A DNA stretch of 64,000 nt from Candidatus Shapirobacteria bacterium (GTDB lineage: Bacteria > Patescibacteriota > Microgenomatia > UBA12405). Below are positions 59,049-64,000 of the stretch, piece after piece. A program made the position numbers and the translations under genes. The DNA is taken from NCBI GenBank assembly GCA_041663285.1, contig JBAZSP010000001.1:7454-71453 (forward strand). Reading direction: 5' to 3'. Positions within the stretch are counted from its first letter, which is position 1; each line of letters opens with the position of its first letter. A model generated the notes under the pieces. It ran no database searches and was not told the DNA's origin. It worked only from the letters and a program-made list of their open reading frames with translations.

Positions 59049-59076
59049 AAAATGGCAGCCGAAGCTGCCATTTTTT
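59046..59076. terminator. Bidirectional rho-independent terminator
   Basis: AAAAAATGGCAGC-CGAA-GCTGCCATTTTTT: 8-bp GC-rich stem, tetraloop, A-tract/T-tract flanks. Sits between convergent rsuA-like (+) and Hsp20 (-) genes. Confidence 0.65.
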
Positions 59077-59091
59077 CAGTTTTCTTATTTT

Positions 59092-59511
59092 CTACTTTGC
59101 TGATCTGAGCGGTATTTCTTTGGCCTTAGCCTCTTCGGCGACTTTCGCTTTTACCGTCACTATGCCGTCTTTTATTTCGGCATCGACCGACTTACTATCA
59201 ATCGGTTTAGGCAGCCGGCTAGCATAGTCAAAACTGGCTACTTTTGACCATTGATGTATGGTCCTGCCTCTTTTTTTGGTTTCTTCGCCCTCTTCCATCC
59301 TGGCGGTAATCCGGAGCACCCCACCCTCATAAGTTACTTTAACTTTATCGGCTGGTACACCGGGGACTGAAGCCTGCACCACCACCATATTATCTTCTTC
59401 AAAAACATTCAATCCCTGATTAATTTTTAACTCCGGCCATTCATCTTCGTCCATCCACAACGACTTAAATGGGAATGAATCCATAAGCGGTCTGAAAGGT
59501 AAATATTTCAT
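59092..59511 (-). CDS. Hsp20/alpha-crystallin family small heat-shock protein
   Basis: Alpha-crystallin domain (...VVVQASVPGVPADKVKVTYEGGVLRITA...). Start set at internal ATG (MKYLPF); the track's upstream 19 codons overlap the terminator region. Confidence 0.85.
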   Translation of the reverse strand: MKYLPFRPLMDSFPFKSLWMDEDEWPELKINQGLNVFEEDNMVVVQASVPGVPADKVKVTYEGGVLRITARMEEGEETKKRGRTIHQWSKVASFDYASRLPKPIDSKSVDAEIKDGIVTVKAKVAEEAKAKEIPLRSAK

Positions 59512-59579
59512 CAGTGTGATTAAACTGTTAACACAAGCAGTATAGAATAAAGACTGCGAGCAAGTCAAGTGGGTAAGTG

Positions 59580-60896
59580 CTAATTAACCTTTTCCCATCC
59601 TTCCAAAACCAACTCCCCAAATCTTTTGTCTGTAACCTGGCTATAACCCAGTTGGGTCAAATTAACCCGGTAATTATTGCCAAAAATCTCGACCCCGTAG
59701 GGGACCACCTTTATCATTTTTTCCTGGCCATCGATCTGTTCAAAATCTGCTACCTGGATTTCTGGATCATAATACTTTATCGGATCGGAAAACGATTTAA
59801 TCATGTACACTCTATCATCAAGTTCCGATGCCAGCCCTCTCCAATTCTCCCGGTGATATTTTGGGTTAAAAAGGTATACCAGCGAACATATCAAAAATAT
59901 AGCCAGCACCAATCTTTTTAATTTGCTTCGGGCAATTAGTAGGCAATATATTGGCAAAACATATAGAAATCTAAAATAACTTAAAAGCGGTACCCGCCAC
60001 GATACCATCCAACCCAAAATTATCGGTAATATTAATAGCCAAAGCCATTCTTTCCTTTTTATACTCCCAGGTATTGCCGCCAATGCTGTCATCCCGACCG
60101 CGCCCGTTGCCACTAGCCAGTAAGCCCATTTGGGGTAAAAACTAATTCGGCCGATGGTAAATTTTATCGGGACCAACAAAAGGTTTTTCAAATCGGCTTT
60201 ACCCAGAATTTGCCCCCAGCTACTTATAATTCTTACCTGTTGAGCCGAATTATTTAGCTGTAAAAGTAAAAGCGGTAAAGTAGCCGCGACTCCTATCCCA
60301 GTCCCAATTGACAAAACGGCTGCCTGCCGGTATTGCTTTTTTACTAGGCTTATAATTCCCAAACCGGCAATAAAAAAAATCGCTCCATAAAAAGTCCACC
60401 AGGCCAAAACCAAAAAAAACACCGATTTAATAACGTTATTTTTAAGCCAATAACGCCAGCCGATTATCAAAAACATAGTAACCATGGCATACATCCGGTT
60501 TTCCTGGCTGTAGTACACCAATAGGGGATTGGCCGCCAGAAGCATTGCCGCCCACCATCCCAAATGTGGCTTCTTCTGATCTTCACCGATTTTATAAACA
60601 GTCCAGACGGTAACCACTCCTGCCAATACCGACATTAGCCTCATCGTTACTTCGCCGCTGCCCCATATTTGGCTCCAAAGTTTGAGCATCCAATAAAAAA
60701 GCGGTGGGTGAAAATCAGTAGGACCGAATTTTAAAACAATATCCCCAAAACTCAGATTTTTTACTACGTTTGCCGAAATCGCCTCATCCAGCCAAAACGA
60801 TTGATTCAAAGCAATTAACCTAATCCCTAAGGCTAAAACCACCGGAATTATCCAGGGCCAGCGCATGCTAATATTAAAATAACGTTTTTTCTTCAC
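59580..60896 (-). CDS. GT-C membrane glycosyltransferase (family 39 / ArnT-PMT-like, phospholipid-carrier dependent)
   Basis: Polytopic. N-terminal loop motif ...SFWLDEAIS... and ...DFHPPLFYW... characteristic of GT39/ArnT. Confidence 0.7.
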   Translation of the reverse strand: MKKKRYFNISMRWPWIIPVVLALGIRLIALNQSFWLDEAISANVVKNLSFGDIVLKFGPTDFHPPLFYWMLKLWSQIWGSGEVTMRLMSVLAGVVTVWTVYKIGEDQKKPHLGWWAAMLLAANPLLVYYSQENRMYAMVTMFLIIGWRYWLKNNVIKSVFFLVLAWWTFYGAIFFIAGLGIISLVKKQYRQAAVLSIGTGIGVAATLPLLLLQLNNSAQQVRIISSWGQILGKADLKNLLLVPIKFTIGRISFYPKWAYWLVATGAVGMTALAAIPGSIKRKEWLWLLILPIILGWMVSWRVPLLSYFRFLYVLPIYCLLIARSKLKRLVLAIFLICSLVYLFNPKYHRENWRGLASELDDRVYMIKSFSDPIKYYDPEIQVADFEQIDGQEKMIKVVPYGVEIFGNNYRVNLTQLGYSQVTDKRFGELVLEGWEKVN

Positions 60897-60908
60897 CTCT
60901 CTATTCTA

Positions 60909-62066
60909 ATGGATAAAAAAGCATTTATAATCATTTTCCTGATTGTAGTTACCGACATCATCGGATTCGGTATTTTTATCCCTCTGATGCCCGTTATTTC
61001 CGACACCTTCTCCACCTATGGCTTCAAGCTTGGCCTGCTTATGTCATCCTACTCCATCGCTCAATACGTTGCTGCTCCCCTTCTTGGCTCAATGTCCGAC
61101 AAGTATGGCCGACGCCCGGTGTTGCTGATTAGCAAGTTGGGCACCATTTTTGCCTATCTAATTTTTGCCTTTTCCCGCAGTTATTACCTGTTGCTTTTTT
61201 CTCGACTGGTCGATGGCTTTACCGGTGGCAATATTTCTGCCGCCAGGGCTTATATTAGCGATATCACCGATGCCAAAAGCCGCCCCAAAGGCATGGCCTT
61301 AATCGGAATTGCTTTTGGGCTTGGTTTTATAATCGGTCCGGCTTTCGGCGGTTTCTTTTTTAGCCTGGGTAATCAGCTCCGTTACCCGGCCTTGGCCGCC
61401 GCCGGCCTAAGCCTCATTTCCTTTGTCCTTACCTGGTTTTTTCTCCATGAACCTATCAAAACTACTACTACCGCTGCGGTCTTTCGTCTGCCCAGGCTAA
61501 CTGATCTTCTCAAAAAAGATCCTATAAGTCGGATCATGTTGGTTCAGCTTCTTTATATGATCTGCCTTTCCGGTTTCCAATCCACCTTTTCCATTTTTAC
61601 CGCCAAAATTCTTGGCTATAGTGTTGAGCAAAATTCCAGTCTTTTTATTTACATGGGCATTATTACCCTGGCCATTCAGGGCTTTATTGCCAAAAAAGGC
61701 GGCCACCGGGTTAACTATCTTTCCGGGATTGGCTTAATCCTGGCCGCAACCGGCCTTAGCCTGTTAGTTGTGGCTCAAAATTTTTATTTTGTTTTGATCT
61801 CTTTGGGGTTGACTTTAACCGGTGCCAGCATGGTCAACGTTTTTCTACCTTCGGTTTTACTCAATTCAGCTTCCTCTTCGGAAGGTCGTCTAATGGGTAC
61901 ATACGAAGGCTTCAGTAGTCTCGCCAGAATTATTGGGCCTATCGTAGCCGGTACCCTAATTCTTACCATCCCCAAACCGGTCTACCTTTTAAGCGCACTT
62001 ATCCTATTCCTTTCGGTTAAGTTGGTCCCGCACCGTGCCCTAACCCGCCAAACCTTAAAACCGTAA
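60909..62066 (+). CDS. MFS transporter
   Basis: 12 TM. MFS motif A (GSMSDKYGRRPVLL). Confidence 0.85.
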   Translation: MDKKAFIIIFLIVVTDIIGFGIFIPLMPVISDTFSTYGFKLGLLMSSYSIAQYVAAPLLGSMSDKYGRRPVLLISKLGTIFAYLIFAFSRSYYLLLFSRLVDGFTGGNISAARAYISDITDAKSRPKGMALIGIAFGLGFIIGPAFGGFFFSLGNQLRYPALAAAGLSLISFVLTWFFLHEPIKTTTTAAVFRLPRLTDLLKKDPISRIMLVQLLYMICLSGFQSTFSIFTAKILGYSVEQNSSLFIYMGIITLAIQGFIAKKGGHRVNYLSGIGLILAATGLSLLVVAQNFYFVLISLGLTLTGASMVNVFLPSVLLNSASSSEGRLMGTYEGFSSLARIIGPIVAGTLILTIPKPVYLLSALILFLSVKLVPHRALTRQTLKP

Positions 62067-62283
62067 AATCCCCAGGCCGATTAACCCGGTCACGATCAGA
62101 TAAATTGCTACCAGCGTTGACAATAATTTAGGATTCATCAAAATCAAAATCCCAAATATCAGCGACATCAGGGGGCTTATATTTCTTAGCATAATTAAAT
62201 TTTACTCCCAAAAAACATCTTTGTCCCGCTTGACTTTACCGCCTCTTCTTTTTATTATTAACTACTACCAAAGAAAACCCGAA

Positions 62284-63489
62284 ATGACTAATTCAGGTGA
62301 ACCACTAGCCGCTGCACTTCGCCCTAAAACGTTGGAGGATTTCATCGGTCAGCAGCACCTTGTCGGCCCGGGCAAACCTCTGCGGGTGGCCATCGAAAAC
62401 AAAAGTATTTTTTCCATGATATTTTGGGGGCCGCCCGGAACCGGCAAGACCACATTGGCCCGCATTTTGGCCAAAGCTTGCGGCATGGAAATCTATGAGT
62501 TATCGGCCGTTTCGGCAGGCAAAGATGACGTTCGCAAAATCATAAGCTCTACCTCCATCGGGCTTTACAAAAAGGTCTTGTTTTTAGACGAGATCCATCG
62601 TTTCAACAAAGCCCAGCAGGACTACCTACTGCCTTTTGTCGAGTCGGGTTCTTTGGTTCTTATCGGTGCCACCACCGAGAATCCCTCTTTCGAAGTTATT
62701 GCCCCGCTGCTTTCCCGTTGTCGGGTATTTGTTTTTCATGAACTTGCTGCTGTCGAAATGGATGAAGTTATCAGCCGCACACTTAACGTCATCGACAGAA
62801 ACAGTGCAACCAAGCAATCTCTTAAAATGGACAAAAAATCCCGCGACTGGCTTATCAATCTAGCCAACGGTGATGCCCGCCAAGCTATCACCATGATCGA
62901 TAATGCCCATACTCTTTATGGCAATCTGAAAATCGAATCCCTCAAGAACGCTCTGCAAAACAGTTTTTTGCGCTTCGACAAAAAGGGCGAAGAGCACTAC
63001 AACACTATTAGCTCATTAATTAAATGTATGAGGGCTTCAAACGTAGACGCCGCCTTGTATTATTTAGCCCGATTAGTTGATGCAGGGGAAGACCCGAAGT
63101 TTATTGCTCGCCGAATGGTGGTTTTTGCCTCTGAAGATATTGGTTTGGCCAACACCTCCGCTCTCCTTGTTGCCAACGCTGTTTTTAGAGCCGTTGAAAC
63201 TATTGGTTATCCCGAATGTCAGGAAAATCTGGCTCATGGTGTGGCCTACCTAGCCCGTAGCCCAAAGGATCGCTCAGCCTATGAAGCTTTTATGGCCGCT
63301 CTGGCTGACGTTAAAACCTATGGCAATTTACCTATTCCAATGAATTTAAGAAACGCCCCGACCAAGCTAATGAAGGAGGTGGGGTATGGAAAAGGATATG
63401 AAATGTATACGGATGAAGATTTATTGCCAGAGAAGTTGAGAGGGAAAAAGTATTTTGTTACGGTTAAAAATATCAATGACAAGAAGTGA
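62284..63489 (+). CDS. rarA: Replication-associated recombination protein A (RarA/MgsA AAA+ ATPase)
   Basis: ...[15 protein letters not shown]..., Walker [16 protein letters not shown], Walker [17 protein letters not shown], sensor/arginine finger, C-terminal MgsA helical domain. Start moved to the ATG 21 codons into the track ORF. Confidence 0.9.
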   Translation: MTNSGEPLAAALRPKTLEDFIGQQHLVGPGKPLRVAIENKSIFSMIFWGPPGTGKTTLARILAKACGMEIYELSAVSAGKDDVRKIISSTSIGLYKKVLFLDEIHRFNKAQQDYLLPFVESGSLVLIGATTENPSFEVIAPLLSRCRVFVFHELAAVEMDEVISRTLNVIDRNSATKQSLKMDKKSRDWLINLANGDARQAITMIDNAHTLYGNLKIESLKNALQNSFLRFDKKGEEHYNTISSLIKCMRASNVDAALYYLARLVDAGEDPKFIARRMVVFASEDIGLANTSALLVANAVFRAVETIGYPECQENLAHGVAYLARSPKDRSAYEAFMAALADVKTYGNLPIPMNLRNAPTKLMKEVGYGKGYEMYTDEDLLPEKLRGKKYFVTVKNINDKK

Positions 63490-63563
63490 TTACCGGGAGT
63501 TTTTTCTAAAAGCTTATGTCATCATTAAAAATTACATAATTTACAATTCTCTAACCCGAAACC

Positions 63564-64000
63564 ATGACAAGCTCTTCGTCAACTAATATCGATTTGAAAT
63601 TTTTAAAACAAGCTGTTAATCAGGCAAAAAAGTCATTAAAGCTTGGCGGTTTCCCGGCCGGGACAGTCTTGGTAAAAGATGGCAAAGTTATTTCTTTGGG
63701 TGTTAGCCTTGGGTTTAAACTTCATGATCCTACCAGCCACTCCGACACATCATCTATTAGAATTGCCTGCCAAAAATTAAAAACTACCAACCTTACTGGA
63801 GCCACCATTTACACCACTCTTCAACCTTGTCTTATGTGCTTTTCCGTTGCGGGTTGGGCTAATATCAAAAAAATAATTTACGGCTGCCAAAAAACTAGTG
63901 ACTTGGTTCAAAAAGGATATTACGAAGGCTCAGCCGATATTAACAAAATTAATGATCAAAATAATCAAAAAATTGAGCTAATGTATATTCCCGACTACGA
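63564..64000 (+). CDS. CMP/dCMP-type zinc deaminase (nucleoside/tRNA-adenosine deaminase-like); 3' end truncated by window end
   Basis: H(S)D...PCLMC zinc-binding pair (HSDTSSIRIA ... LQPCLMCFSVAGWANIKKIIYG). Confidence 0.6.
   Translation, partial: MTSSSSTNIDLKFLKQAVNQAKKSLKLGGFPAGTVLVKDGKVISLGVSLGFKLHDPTSHSDTSSIRIACQKLKTTNLTGATIYTTLQPCLMCFSVAGWANIKKIIYGCQKTSDLVQKGYYEGSADINKINDQNNQKIELMYIPDY

Noticed and set aside
1-64000. CRISPR arrays, rRNA, tRNA, transposases or integrases
   Set aside because: No repeat-spacer array. No rRNA-like conserved stretches. No convincing cloverleaf in the intergenic regions I inspected (3534-3739, 19212-19521, 40623-40754, 46727-46960, 56259-56656). No DDE, serine or tyrosine recombinase ORFs. 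Short tRNAs cannot be fully excluded without a dedicated scan.

Overview
This 64-kb window is a gene-dense chromosomal stretch. Genes are tightly packed, there are few Shine-Dalgarno-like sites, and overall GC looks moderate (roughly mid-40s %). The gene content suggests a CPR/Patescibacteria-type genome with reduced metabolism, but that is an inference, not a demonstrated placement. Supporting gene content: a large type IV pilus operon with many prepilin-type proteins, standalone CheY-like receivers, GT-C membrane glycosyltransferases, nucleotide-salvage genes (apt, mtnP, queA), and an alpha-2-macroglobulin-like giant protein.

The standout feature is a compact retron at about 17.0-18.1 kb on the minus strand. 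It has an Ec86-like reverse transcriptase that is only 291 aa. Nine bases upstream of the RT start codon sits a perfect 14-bp inverted repeat pair, the candidate a1 and a2 repeats. The pair flanks a ~111-nt msr-msd ncRNA candidate that contains a 17-bp perfect hairpin, the putative msd stem. A perfect TATAAT lies just upstream of a1. The Ec86 clade normally carries a nucleoside-deoxyribosyltransferase-like effector, and none is present here. The only co-oriented neighbour is a 207-aa Cys-containing secreted or membrane-anchored protein of unknown function. The RT is convergent with an L-lactate permease gene.

Other features:
- Housekeeping and regulatory genes: two two-component systems, a MacAB-like ABC efflux set, and sugar-nucleotide metabolism genes.
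- A PilB/PilC, pseudopilin and major-pilin operon, followed by a 1092-aa FG-GAP-repeat protein.
- Repair-type genes: a Y-family polymerase, a DEDD exonuclease, a Cas4/RecB-like Fe-S nuclease and an SRAP protein.
- An RRM RNA-binding protein.
- Several Zn-ribbon membrane proteins.
- Unexplained elements: a GC-rich, ORF-poor ~220-bp segment after dinB, and a small 54-codon membrane ORF followed by a strong terminator.

No CRISPR array, rRNA, clear tRNA, transposase or integrase was seen.
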